Below are positions 35,001-45,971 of a stretch of DNA of 64,000 nt, in pieces. Position 1 is the first letter of the stretch, and the number at the start of each line of letters is the position of its first letter. The notes beneath the pieces were generated by a model. That model saw only the letters and a program-made list of their open reading frames with translations, ran no database searches and was not told the origin of the DNA. This DNA comes from Callorhinchus milii (taxonomy: Eukaryota), in the NCBI RefSeq assembly GCF_018977255.1, contig NW_024704742.1, forward strand, positions 12,774,001-12,838,000. The letters are read 5' to 3'. Made by a program: the position numbers and the translations under genes.

Positions 35001-38000
35001 CTACTATAGCAGCACAAGAAAAAAGGAAGGAAAAGCAGCTTTCATTTTTCCCAATAATTATTGGAAGGTAGAATATGAACCTATTAAATCTTTTTGTTTT
35101 TGTATTAGAGAAAGGTTTGTAAAATATAAGCATGACATAGTGCAATAGAAATACAGTTGAAACTTCAAAACTAAATACTGTAGAAGTTTTTTAATTGATG
35201 ACTGTTTATTAGCCCCTCTGCTTGGCGGACACCGGCCTACTTCAGTTCCCCTGCACTTCTTGCCCCACCATTGGTGGTCAGACATTCAGCATCTCTGCCC
35301 CCACAATCTGGAACTCTTATCCCACGATCTCTGCCTCACCCCTTCTCTTGCCTCCTTCAAGTCCCATTTGAAGACCTTCCTCCTCAACCATACCTTCAGC
35401 CACAGTGCCTTCAGCAACCGTGCCTTCAGCCGTCCTCCACCCCTCTGGACCTCAACTTCCAGCTCGGGTCCAAAACCTTTTGACTGTCCAGCGTCCTGGG
35501 CCATCTTTCTGATGAAAGTAATTTATTATTGTTCTTGTTTGCGTTGCATTAATAAACACTGCTGGGTGCTTTCTGTTGTAATAGGAGGCCATCTAGCACA
35601 GAATCTGTGCCATCCGTATCTCGTTCAGTGGAGCCACAATGCATAGTGCAGGAGCAGCCAATGATTCTGGACAACTATTCTTCTAGCCAGTCAGCAAGCA
35701 TTAGTCCCTTTGTAAGTAAAAACTTCAATACTTATCAAAAAGACATCTATAAGCAAAGAGCAAACATTTTATTTTAGTATTCTATAAATAACACGGGATC
35801 AAGCCCACTTAATAGTGAATCAAACATTAACACTCTGCCTCTTAAGAATTTGAATGTTGTCCACAGTGGTTTTGCCATCCGCGGTCACATAAAGCCATCT
35901 CTACGGGGCTGAAGTTTTTTCCCCTAGTTCCTAGTGGGCATGCTACACAAGACAGCAGCAGGGTGGAAGTTTTCCTTTTGTGGGTTATAATGAGGCTGCA
36001 CTGTCTTACATCTCAAATCTATATCAATTTCATCTTGGATCCATATCACAGGTCTTCCAGCTCCAGGCTCAATAGTGTATCACTCTCTTTTAGTTGGATT
36101 TCTTGGTTTAAGGTCTTGAGGATCAAAGCTCTCATTCCTGCAAGTGATTTCAGCTCGGGTGCAAACCCTTCCCCATCCAGCTCCTTGGGACGTCCTCCCG
36201 ACAAGAGAGGCGCTATAAAAATGCAACTTAGTTGTTTTTGTTGAAGCTAGCCAGTGTATTAAGTTTAGCCTGATTCCACTCTTAGTGCTGAAAGCCAATC
36301 AGCCTTGTGTTTTCAATGATTTTTGTACAATAAGCCCAAAGGTTATAAAAAGGGAGGAATTTTTTCACGTTTTGCACATTTTGAGAATTTTGTTTGTGAT
36401 TTTTACAGATGTATTCATATGAAGGTTCAGATTTCACCACTGCTACTACGGTTTCTAAAATGAAACCTTCATCACCCACTCAGACTGTGAAGTATCCAAA
36501 TGCAGCCCAGGTGCTGAAGTCTGTGTTTGTGCCGAATGTTGGTTGGGCCTCCCAGGTATGCAGAAAGTTTCATTCCTAGCAGGACTATGTTGAAGGGATA
36601 GGCAAATGGCCTTTTCAATTATTCTCTTTCAGAATTTTAATTTCTAACAGACTGCAATAAAAACTTACAAATTGGTGTGTGTGCGTGGGTTAGGGAAAGG
36701 TTTGGAGAAAGAAGCTTATTAGGATGACTAGAATGGCCATGTTTTAAAGACAATTTTAAAAAAAAATTCACGATTTTTATAAACAGGCTATGACTTTGGT
36801 TAGTATTATAAAGTATCCATGAGTGAAATTATTCACGTGTCTATGGGTTTCGTCTTGGTGGATAGTGATTTCACATGTTTAAGGGCATGTCCAGCAGTAG
36901 TTGGAAACGTGAACACCGTTTGGTTGAGGGGGTTGGAGGTGGGTTTGTAGTTGTGCCACAATTTCAAAAGCCTTTGCCACAAGTAGTGCTGACTTCAATT
37001 CCCAAGCTGACTTTGTAGGGAAGCAGGATTATATTTTTATAAAGTTGGATGTTTTTAAAAGAGGAGAATGAAGATTATAGCAGCGCTTTGGGGATGTGGA
37101 TAGATAGGCTTTCAGATCTAATTTCAACAAAATATCAGATTTCATACACTAGTAAATTCTGTTTTCAAACTGAGCACAAGATAAAGTATATCCATTTTGC
37201 TCCTTTATTGAATGTTTTGTAGAAGTCATCAACATGAGGGAGGCACCCTTTTAGCTACTAATATTTCCCATTTGAAAAGGCAGAGCTCCAAGAGAGGTTT
37301 GCTGAGCTGGGATGAAACTTCTGAATTAGCAGCTGAGGTAGTGTATTCCCTGTACAGTCAACTGAGGTAGTCAATTGGTAATGCTAGCTTATCTCAACTG
37401 ACTTACAAACTCAGGAGGGAGATTGTTTGTCACTATTCAATCTTCTAATGCTGTCAGAGGTCTCTCAGTATCTTGACTGCTATGTCCTTTGGGTCAGTTG
37501 GACATGTTTCAGGAAACCAGAATGCAAGGAGAGAATCTATAAAGAACTACTTACATTTACAGTGCCATTTACATTAAATAAATGTCCCAAAGTGCTTTAC
37601 AGAATGAGAAATTTATTGAATGTTATGAAGACAAACATATGACAGCTGATTTGCTAACCTCTACTTTTGAGGTGTCTCAAAGACGTGATGTATATATCAA
37701 ATCCAAGGATTATTATTAATATTATTACTTTGAAATAGTGATAGGGGATCCCTTTACAACCACCTGAATTGCAAGGTAGAGTGGAACCTAAATTTAACAC
37801 AATGCAAAAAGGGATAACGATCTGGAAATAAACTTTGAAAATATTTAATGAAATTTCACAGATGGGAATTACTTATTTTCTGAGCAAGATGCCAAAGTGG
37901 ATCAGTTCAGCAAGGGACGTCACCAAACTTTTATTGTGAAGCACAATAACAGACATTTCTGACAAAATGTCCAACTTTAATAGTTGTTCTTTGTGGCAGA

Positions 38001-39867
38001 ATAGAACAAGAGTTGCAAATTCATGAACTTCAAGTAAAACAATAGTAGTATAGTAAGCAGTAAAAAGTAATAAACTGGAGCATGTGTGTAGAGGACAACA
38101 ATTAGATGAAGAGAATGGAAATGAGTTGTTTCAAGGCAGACATGTAGAACATTTGGAAATTATTTCTGTTTTTCACCTCATGAAAGCGAATTAATTATAA
38201 TAATCCTTGCATTTGGTGCACAGGGCCTTCCACATCAGGATATCCCAAAGCGCTTCACAGGATATACTGTAAAGTGGAGTGATTGTGTATTTTGTAATTG
38301 ACAACAGGAGATAAATGTAGTCGTGAGAGGTGGGGGAATGGGAGTGGAATTGATGGACCTTTGGCTGCAAGTATCTATGATAACAGTATGCATTTTCCAC
38401 AACAAACGTTATATCTTTCAATTACATTATCTTCTATATGCCTTTTTTGCTGTTGCATATATCTAATAATAATAATCCTTGCATTTGATATAGCGCTTTT
38501 TACGTTACCTACTTACTGCTAGGTAAACAGGCATGTGGACTTGCCCAACATTTCGCCCTGCCGGGAATCAAACCAGGTCTCTTGCCAGACGAGTGCTGTA
38601 ACCACTGAGCTACAGAACTCGACTAGATAAATGCCAGCACCTACTAATTGGGTCGAATGGCCTGTTTTGGTGCTGTAGATTCTATGTAATTCTCATTCTG
38701 TTTTGACAGCTAACCAACGGTGAAGTGTGGGTTCAGTTTAATGATGGTTCCCAGCTCTTTGTACAATCAGGAGTCACATCCATCATCTACACATCTCCTC
38801 AGGGGCAGATAATAAGGTAACCAGTCGCTAAGACATGGACTAGAGCACTCGTTCCACATTTTCTCCTCCCATACTTTTTCCCTCCCATATGCCTAACTTC
38901 AGGAAGTCTAGTTTATTTGCTGCATTGAACCTGGATTGATTTCTCACCACTGACCAACCGGGCAGGTATTCTTCCCACTCACCTTGTTAACTCTGCAAGT
39001 GAACAATGCGGGTGGTCCTAGCTGGACAAGCAAGAGGAAGCTTGTCAAACAATGTGTTTTTAGTTAGTTAACTACAGCAATACTCCCAACACTGCGGGGT
39101 CCCCAAGCTCTTGCCAACCTGTGGCTAATGTTTTTCGGAATTAATTAAGCAAGGTGCGTTCCTCCAAGGAGAGAGTGCACATGCCATTCCAGACAAGGAA
39201 ATTTCTATGCTTGGAAGAATGCATGTCTGGTTTGGACACTTGTAAGCATGGTGAAGGTTTTCCACGTGTCAGTCGCCTGGCTCGCTGGAAAAACATTTTG
39301 AGATGTTATCTTACCTGAAAGGTGTTAAACAAATAGGTTGTAATCCTAAATCTATTCAATTTTTAAGATCATTTAGCACACATCTTTGAGACAAAGATAA
39401 TAACATAGAAAGGATTTTTTATTTAAATGTTGATAAATTACTCAAAATGTCATACCAAACTGCCTCTAGATGTCATTGTTGCTCTTAAGGCCTTGATTGT
39501 GGTAAAAGGATATTTCAATTCCTATCCACATTTAAACAAATCACCATTCTCCAGCTCTTCATTTTCATTGCTATTATTTGTAGAACTATGTTACAAATAT
39601 GAAGGCTGTTTTGAGTATTTAAAGTATTTTGTATAGATTGTAATTTCGCTGAAAGCTTAATGATTTAAATGGTTTGTAACTTTTATGAAGTTTTTATTAC
39701 TTTTAAGGAAAAAGCTAATGCAGCCATATATAATATATGGAGATCTTTGTTTCACTAGATATGGGGAAAATGAAAAGATTCCGGAGTATGTAAAAGAGAA
39801 ACTACAGTGCCTCTCTTCAATCCTGGGATTACTAGCAAGTGAAAGAAGGCAGCAAAGAATCCAATAA
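17051..39867 (+). CDS. PLK4: Serine/threonine-protein kinase PLK4 (polo-like kinase 4), complete 16-exon CDS, 985 aa
   Basis: join(17051-17092,22852-22947,24521-24616,24706-24820,24904-25939,26856-26959,31427-31821,32808-32912,33395-33497,33984-34133,34222-34352,34973-35067,35585-35711,36409-36555,38710-38816,39759-39867). All introns are GT-AG and in phase. Kinase motifs [37 protein letters not shown] degron; cryptic polo box and PB3. Confidence 0.97.
17335..18180 (+). mobile_element. Degenerate L2 LINE fragment in PLK4 intron 1
   Basis: Colinear with 10720-11450; [16 protein letters not shown]. Confidence 0.8.
18185..18440 (-). mobile_element. tRNA-SINE longer variant (5' part)
   Basis: tRNA head plus an internal ggaaagc..ccaatc.actaacaacc segment shared with 54390-54733. 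Confidence 0.7.
19585..20526 (+). mobile_element. 5'-truncated L2 LINE
   Basis: [28 protein letters not shown]; (ttg)n tail. Confidence 0.9.
20709..20975 (-). mobile_element. tRNA-derived SINE
   Basis: Colinear with 766-1069, with a small internal deletion. Confidence 0.85.
21506..22541. repeat. Complex (GT)n/(GGGT)n microsatellite, ~1 kb, in PLK4 intron 1
   Basis: Almost only G and T on the + strand. Confidence 0.98.
22852..22947 (+). CDS. PLK4: PLK4 exon 2 (Gly-rich loop, VAIK)
   Basis: ttttacag|[32 protein letters not shown]|gtaagt. Confidence 0.96.
23779..23915 (-). mobile_element. Penelope-like element terminal repeat fragment
   Basis: gcaaaatactgcagatgct...aaataaaaacagaa...ctcagcagg.caggcagcatct resembles, from recall, the common chondrichthyan Penelope end; hammerhead-like hairpin at 23884-23912. 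Confidence 0.6.
24215..24413 (+). mobile_element. L2 LINE 3' end
   Basis: [14 protein letters not shown] and (ttg)n tail. Confidence 0.85.
24521..24616 (+). CDS. PLK4: PLK4 exon 3
   Basis: gtcctcag|[32 protein letters not shown]|gtaaaa. Confidence 0.96.
24706..24820 (+). CDS. PLK4: PLK4 exon 4
   Basis: tctttcag|[38 protein letters not shown]|gtaagt. Confidence 0.96.
24904..25939 (+). CDS. PLK4: PLK4 exon 5 (kinase C-lobe, degron, linker)
   Basis: Within ORF 24825..25943; tcaacag|..[28 protein letters not shown]...SPPVKQTA|gtaagt. Confidence 0.96.
26128..26699 (+). repeat. 100-bp imperfect direct repeat pair (26128-26227 and 26600-26699)
   Basis: ttaacaggtttctgatt..agaactac..t.tgtacagagttcca.ggctggatcta.agggaaatatttttgga..tatttataatgtggg.gttgaag occurs twice. 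Confidence 0.9.
26856..26959 (+). CDS. PLK4: PLK4 exon 6
   Basis: attttcag|..[35 protein letters not shown]|gtacct; QQWF motif; the phase fits exon 7. Confidence 0.8.
27260..31157 (+). mobile_element. Near-full-length CR1 LINE (ORF1 coiled-coil + SGNH esterase; ORF2 APE + RT), disrupted, in PLK4 intron 6
   Basis: [24 protein letters not shown]...[10 protein letters not shown]...GTNNIG; YLNARSI and AITETWL endonuclease motifs near 28290-28390; [30 protein letters not shown]; 3' hairpin ggctcgaagggcc and (tgtta) tail. Confidence 0.93.
31427..31821 (+). CDS. PLK4: PLK4 exon 7
   Basis: ccttgtag|..TFKKPVDV...[19 protein letters not shown]|gtaaga; start of the cryptic polo box. Confidence 0.92.
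32425..32747 (+). repeat. ~320-bp segment (SINE tail + ~190 bp non-SINE sequence), copy 1
   Basis: Colinear with 56370-56690. Confidence 0.9.
32808..32912 (+). CDS. PLK4: PLK4 exon 8
   Basis: tttttcag|[35 protein letters not shown]|gtaagg. Confidence 0.95.
33395..33497 (+). CDS. PLK4: PLK4 exon 9
   Basis: cttcacag|[34 protein letters not shown]|gtatct. Confidence 0.95.
33984..34133 (+). CDS. PLK4: PLK4 exon 10
   Basis: tttttcag|[50 protein letters not shown]|gtgagg. Confidence 0.96.
34222..34352 (+). CDS. PLK4: PLK4 exon 11
   Basis: attaatag|[44 protein letters not shown]|gtaaac. Confidence 0.93.
34973..35067 (+). CDS. PLK4: PLK4 exon 12
   Basis: ttccacag|[31 protein letters not shown](R)|gtagaa. 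Confidence 0.93.
35215..35520 (+). mobile_element. L2 LINE 3' fragment
   Basis: [19 protein letters not shown]; cagctcgggtccaaaac tail motif. Confidence 0.75.
35585..35711 (+). CDS. PLK4: PLK4 exon 13 (divergent linker)
   Basis: tgtaatag|[42 protein letters not shown]|gtaagt; bridges phase 2 to phase 0. Confidence 0.85.
36409..36555 (+). CDS. PLK4: PLK4 exon 14 (start of PB3)
   Basis: ttttacag|[14 protein letters not shown]...[17 protein letters not shown]|gtatgc. Confidence 0.94.
38710..38816 (+). CDS. PLK4: PLK4 exon 15 (PB3)
   Basis: tttgacag|[35 protein letters not shown](R)|gtaacc. Confidence 0.96.
39759..39867 (+). CDS. PLK4: PLK4 exon 16 coding part
   Basis: ttcactag|[35 protein letters not shown]. 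Confidence 0.95.
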
Positions 39868-40867
39868 AGCAGGATGTGAAATGGTGGCGACACATGGGTG
39901 AAAGGTGTTTACAAATATTCTTCTGGTATTCTGCACATTTACTTCCAGAGAGATAGAGAGAGAGAGAGATTACCACTTCTTTCAGTGGTTGTTAAGACTC
40001 TAATGTCCCTAAAGTTAATGACAACTACCACAAATGCCTGAAAAACTAAATTGGTCCTCTTGAGGTGCAGGAAACTTTCACTTGAAATGTTGAACTTTGC
40101 GCTGTAAATAGATTGTTTTGTAAAACTTGTTAACATTTATGGAAGATTCAATTTTTTCTATTACTCATTTGACAGTATATTTTTGAATGAGCCAATAACA
40201 GTGGAACAAGCAATGGAAATGCAGATTATCTGTAGAACTGGTTTACTTGTGCATACATTTGGCTTACGTACAATAGAAATTGTATATTCTGTGAGTTTTA
40301 TTTTGTTTCTGTAAATTTTTATATAGAATCTATATACTGCTGACATGCATACCTTCTGATTTCAGCAATTTGACATCTGTATAGTGTGTACAACTGTTTT
40401 TAAAGTTTTCACCCAAAGTTTGCCAGACTGCATCCTGGCCTTTCAACCCTCCCCACCCTCAATTCTTCCTCAAACAGAAGTGGGACTGGCACTTTATATT
40501 GTGCTGTACAGCAAACTGAAACTGAAAACTTTTTAAAGTTGTGAGCAAAATGAAAAGAATTAAAATTGAGAAAAATAAATGCTCATTTGTAACTTTAACA
40601 AGCAGCAGTATACACCATCCATTGCATTATTGTGCAAACTGTTGTGAATAATGCCAAGAATGCTGTTAGCTCAACTGTATTTGTGTAGTTTTTTAGTTTG
40701 TGTAGTTTTTTTAAAAAGTCAGTAAGTATTAAATACTTACTGATTTATTGCTTTTAATGTCCAGGGTCCAGACTTTACAACTTGGTCAGTGGTTGAAAAG
40801 TGACATCGCCAGAAGTTGGAGTAAATCTACCAGACAATGACACCAGCACTCGACTGCTGAAACCTTG

Positions 40868-40873
40868 AATAAA
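40868..40873 (+). terminator. Candidate PLK4 polyadenylation signal
   Basis: AATAAA followed by GT-rich cttgtattgtgctgtgttct; alternatives at 40574 and 40940. Confidence 0.4.
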
Positions 40874-43619
40874 CTTGTATTGTGCTGTGTTCTAGGTTAA
40901 ATTATTGCTTTTAGTTCGAAATGAGGGGAGGGGATACTTAATAAAGGAATTAAAAAGATTTTGTGAAGAAAAAAAACTCTTGTCCTTTTAAGAGTTCAGA
41001 TGTGTCTTTCTGTGAATTCTGTATAAAGCTGTATATACTTTGCATCTGTACTGTATATAGTCAATTATTACTATGATCTTAATACAAATATATTGTTTTT
41101 ATGATTTGGTGTTTTTTTAAATATTCCTTGTCCCACACTTCAAAAAGCAGGTAGAGCAAAAGTGGTATTGCACTATAAACATTAGAAGGGATAACTACTG
41201 TTTTGGACATGATAATGCACATTGTGTGTTAATGCCAATTTGAGGTTGTAGACACTTAAGGTTCATGAAGATGTAAAGTGCACAAAGAAACAAAAGCCAC
41301 CACCATGGGGGAAGAATTCCACCTGTGTTTAAATTCTTTATGTAGCACTTCCACATACCAGAATTTGGCAAATTCTTAGAATACAACCTTTAATTTTTAA
41401 ACTGTTTTCTGTAGGTTTTTTTAATGACAAAAACAGCTCCATAGTTCAAAATGAATTCAACAATTTGCCAATTTCTGCACACTCTAAAATGTTACATGAA
41501 TTAAATCTAGAACTAGTTGAAACGTCTCCCCACAAGTGTTTGAGGAAAGTTGTGTTTGTTGCAAATCTGCTGAAAGAGCAGGAGGGGGCGATGGTCACAT
41601 ATGGAAAGGTAAGTATTATTTTCTACCCGACTAGTGTTCTATAAACCATATCCAGATATATATTTGTTAAAGTTGCATTCAATCTGTATGGGGTGCAAAA
41701 CGTGATGTTTCTATTCTCTTCCCCTATACTTTTCCCTAGTCCTCATCGTGGTGGGCAGTTAACCTGTTCAGAACTTTGCCTCGTAAGGTTTCTGATCATA
41801 GCTATTTTCAAATGCAAGGATTATTGTTATTATTATAGCCAAAAGCAACTTGTCCTCAGCCTTTTGCCAAAGAGAGAGAATCACTAGCTTTTGTCTCCAG
41901 AGTTTGCTTTAAATAAAGAGAATACAAATTCAAAAGCATTGTTTTAATTGTATTTTCAACAATTATAGTGATTAAAAACAATCACTCTAAAGCATACGTG
42001 GTGCAACAGCTATGCAGATGTATCTGTTTCTACACATGCTATTGAATGTGATTGAAATATAAGTGTGGTATACAATGTGATTTACATAAAATTTTATGGT
42101 AGAGGCTGAATTTCCATAGAGACATTTAAGGCAAACATATTTTTACTTTTCCAAAATGAAGTGAGTTTTGACAAATGGTAATAAGGGAAGAAAACAAGTG
42201 AAGATAAGTAAATCTGACCAGTAAATCAACTTAAGGGGCTTTGGTGCAGGTTGGCCGCCCACCTTCGAAGGGCTGAGACTTGGCTCAAACAGAACAAGAA
42301 TAAACAACATTGAAGTTTCAGCATGTCACCTGAACAAGAAGCCCCACAACAAATGGAAACTCTACAAAGTTTAATTTAATGTGTAATTAGTAGTAATTGC
42401 ATAGTGCAATCATTTAGATTGCATAAACATTGACAAAAATTTTGTCAATAACTTTCCAATTTTTTTCAGCCCTAGTTGTTTTAAAAAAATTCAGAAAGGG
42501 ACATTCTTTCATCCAAAACAGCAAAATCTTTCTTGGGAAATGTAAGCTGTATCACGTCACAATTTTTTTTCAGCTCTATTCTGACTGGTCTGCTTCTTTC
42601 CTCTCTTGGTGTTGGTGGCTGAGCCTTCAGTTGCTCAAGATCTAGAACTCTCAAAATGCCTTAGCCTCTTGAAAACTCGTTAATATTTTTGATCAACATC
42701 CTCAAACCCCCCCTCCTTTCTTTGCTGCTCAGTGATCCCCATTGTATTCATAAAGCTCTTCGAGACATTCATCCTATGTGGAGCTACTGTAAGTGCAAGT
42801 CGTTAGACTAAAATATCACCACCATAGTGTTGGTTCAGTTGTTTTCATGAGCTGACCTCCATGCTAAATGATACCAGGAAACCAAATTCCCCACAAGTCA
42901 TTATTTTTCTGTTCCAGTGATGATGATCTGTTCTCCCTTCATTTATGAGATGAGTTTTAAAAACATTTCCCACTGATCACTAACAAGTTCTTACAATCAG
43001 TGTGTGTACTGAAGGCAATATCTTTTCCAGCAATATGTTACATTGTAACAGGAATAAAAGGCTTTGCTTTGAATCTAGTATAAAATGAGAGGTAAGTATT
43101 GTACTCAGCAATTAGTGCTTACCCATGGGTGAACCCCATTCTTTTATGGCCTCAGCTGGATTGCTTACAAATTAAAAAGATTGTATTTTTAGGGCAGATT
43201 TTAATTTAGGAAAACAGGTCACTACACAATATAACCCCTTATATTGACAGTAAATACAGGTATCCTGCATAAGGATGAATAAAATCTACAAACTCAACAC
43301 GATTCAAGTTAAATAATGAAATTGATTTCAAATTGGCCAAGTATGGATTGGATCCTAGATCTCCAGTTTGATTCCAGGTCTGTACTTGGTTAACGGGTCT
43401 CAGCCTGGGCACCACTTGGAGCATGACAATTGGCCTCAGTGACCTGGATTAAGAGCGTAAATTAACTAGAGTTTTCGCTGCTGACTGTCATCCATTGCAT
43501 AATGCTGAAAAATTAGATTGTGGACATGAAGTGAAAACTTTGGAGCTTGGCTCGATTTCAAGATGCTTTTACTCGTCTACAAATCCCTTCATGCCCAGCA
43601 TCTCCCTACATTCTGAACC

Positions 43620-43925
43620 TGCTTTCTCCCCTCTCCACTACCCACTGCCTCAGCTCGTCTGGTTCTGGCTACCTGCTTGACCATCATCCCCTGCGCTCTA
43701 CCATTAGTTGCAACATTTTCACCACACCCGAAGCTTTGGAACTCTCTTCCCCCAATCCCTCCACATTGCTCCCTCTTTCCCCTCTTTTAGATCACAACTG
43801 AGGACCTTCCTCTTCAACCATGCTTATGGTCAACTCCTCCTGGCTGGGTGTCAGGCTCTACCACTGTCAAGCACACTGAGATGCTGCTTTGCATGAAGGT
43901 CGCTGTATAAATACAAGTTGTTGGT
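43620..43925 (+). mobile_element. Old L2 LINE 3' fragment
   Basis: APSFPSFRSQLRTFLFNHAY; gctgtataaatacaagttgttg tail. Confidence 0.65.
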
Positions 43926-45764
43926 TGTGATTTCTACCTTCCGCTCTCCTCCTAACCCCCCCTCCCACCCCACTGAATAATCTGCCCAGCTCATGCATTC
44001 TATGCTATAGATTTCCCGGTTCTAAATGATACCAGGCAACCCGCTGAACATATTTAATTCCTAATGATCGAATAGCCCATAAATCTCTCCCATAAATATT
44101 ACTAAAAACAATACATGAAAATCTAAGCAAACATCCAACATCAAAACATGTTTGTCATAAACATTATGAACCCAAACAATTCTGTTTCCAAACATATTCT
44201 TCAGCATTAATCCAAAAAGAAGGGTCTTCGAATACATAGTAGGTGATCAATAGTTTCCACCCAAAACTGAGGTACCGTGGACAGAAATAGGGGATAGAAA
44301 TAATTTTTAAAGTAGTCCTAGGAGATCCATTCACCTACAAAATACAGTCACTCCCCTTTACAGTAAATCCTGTGAAGAGTTTTGAGACATCCTCCCAATG
44401 TGAAAGGCACCATATCAAATGCAAATATCATTATTATTAATAATAATACAAGGTAGCAGTGACATGCTGATGTGTGAAGAGCAGTGATGATACAAAAAGG
44501 TCTCTTTGTCAACCCACTTTGCAAAAATCCCTCCTCCCACTCACAACTCCAATCCCAGCGTCAAACCTTTGAGCAGATTATCTCAACACCATTCACCAAA
44601 TCACAAAATAAGTTTTGCTGAATATGCCCTTTAGCCCGTTCATTCTTCCACTCCACCATTACACCATCAAGCTGTTTCTAAAACGAGTGTTGACTTCAAA
44701 CAAATCTTCCAGGTGATTGGTTCCAGATGTTTATTCAATATTTTATCTGCAGCCAGGGTAAAGTTATTCGATGAGCAGAGCCTCATGGATTTAAGTATAC
44801 GTACATTAATTTGCATTTCCTCCATCCCCCAGGAATGCACTAGAAATATGCAGTACCGAGGTAGACAATGACCTTTGGATGAGAGATAAAAATAATCTCT
44901 CTACTTTACCATCTACCTCGATTAATTGGTCATTCACCACATAGCTGTTGGTAGACCATGCTCTCATGTTTCCCTACAAAACTAGTCACTACACTTGGCA
45001 GCAATTACCTGTGAAGTGTTTTCAAAATATTTTAGCTTGATATGTTATTATAAAGATGTTCTTTCCATTGAACAGAAATACAAGCATGGCCAATACTGCC
45101 TGTAGGTAGTAGGTAGTAACTGGGCATTTGATGCTGCAGAGGTCTCTGGAATGGGGCTGCCCATGCTCACCAGATTCTCTGTTGTGTGTGGCCAGGGAAT
45201 GTTATCGAGTCTGGGAGCTAAGGATGTTTTTTCTCTGATTGACAAAACTTCTGAAGTTCAGCTTCTGGCAAGCCAACCATTTAACTTTAGTGCAAATATT
45301 TCAGCACATGAAACCTTATAATACTTAGAATAACAAAACCGTCAATTCCATCAGCTGATGCCAATTTCTCAAAATAAAATCACAGCATTTTAGGTCACAA
45401 AATGCCTGCATACCTTTAGAATGAAATGGCTATTAACTTAATTATTCTCACAGTGCATGGTGTAGCTGAGGCTGAACATTCCAATTGAATAGACTGGGTG
45501 TGACTTTATATCAGTATAAAATTCATATAAAAAACCTTAACTACAGACATTGTCTTTCCCTCGTACCAAAATATCAACGGTTAGATCATTTTCAAATAAA
45601 TCAGCATTAAAAAAGTTATACAAACAGATGGTGCAAATTAGAATTCAGTGGTTAGAGCAAATACAAAATAAAATAGCATTACAAATAGTAAGATAATACA
45701 GTGTAAATGAAACGTTCAGTTTCTCAAAGTGTATGTGTGTTTAGTTTTTCCTCTTAAAAGTCCA

Positions 45765-45971
45765 TCATTCCTCACTTCTCCCATATCTGGCTGACATTCC
45801 GACGATTTTTTTATATGTCGCACCAAGTAGCACAGTGGCTAAAAACACTAGCCCACAAATGATGCCAAATGTCCATCGAGGTCCATAATGGGTATAAACT
45901 TGACTAACAAACACTGGTCCAAGTGTGCGTGCTGCACTCCCAGCAGCTGTCAGAATGCCCATGTAAACACC
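45765..45971 (-). CDS. MFSD8: MFSD8 last coding exon
   Basis: aactttag|[33 protein letters not shown]...[10 protein letters not shown]. Confidence 0.96.
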   Translation of the reverse strand, partial: GVYMGILTAAGSAARTLGPVFVSQVYTHYGPRWTFGIICGLVFLATVLLGATYKKIVGMSARYGRSEE

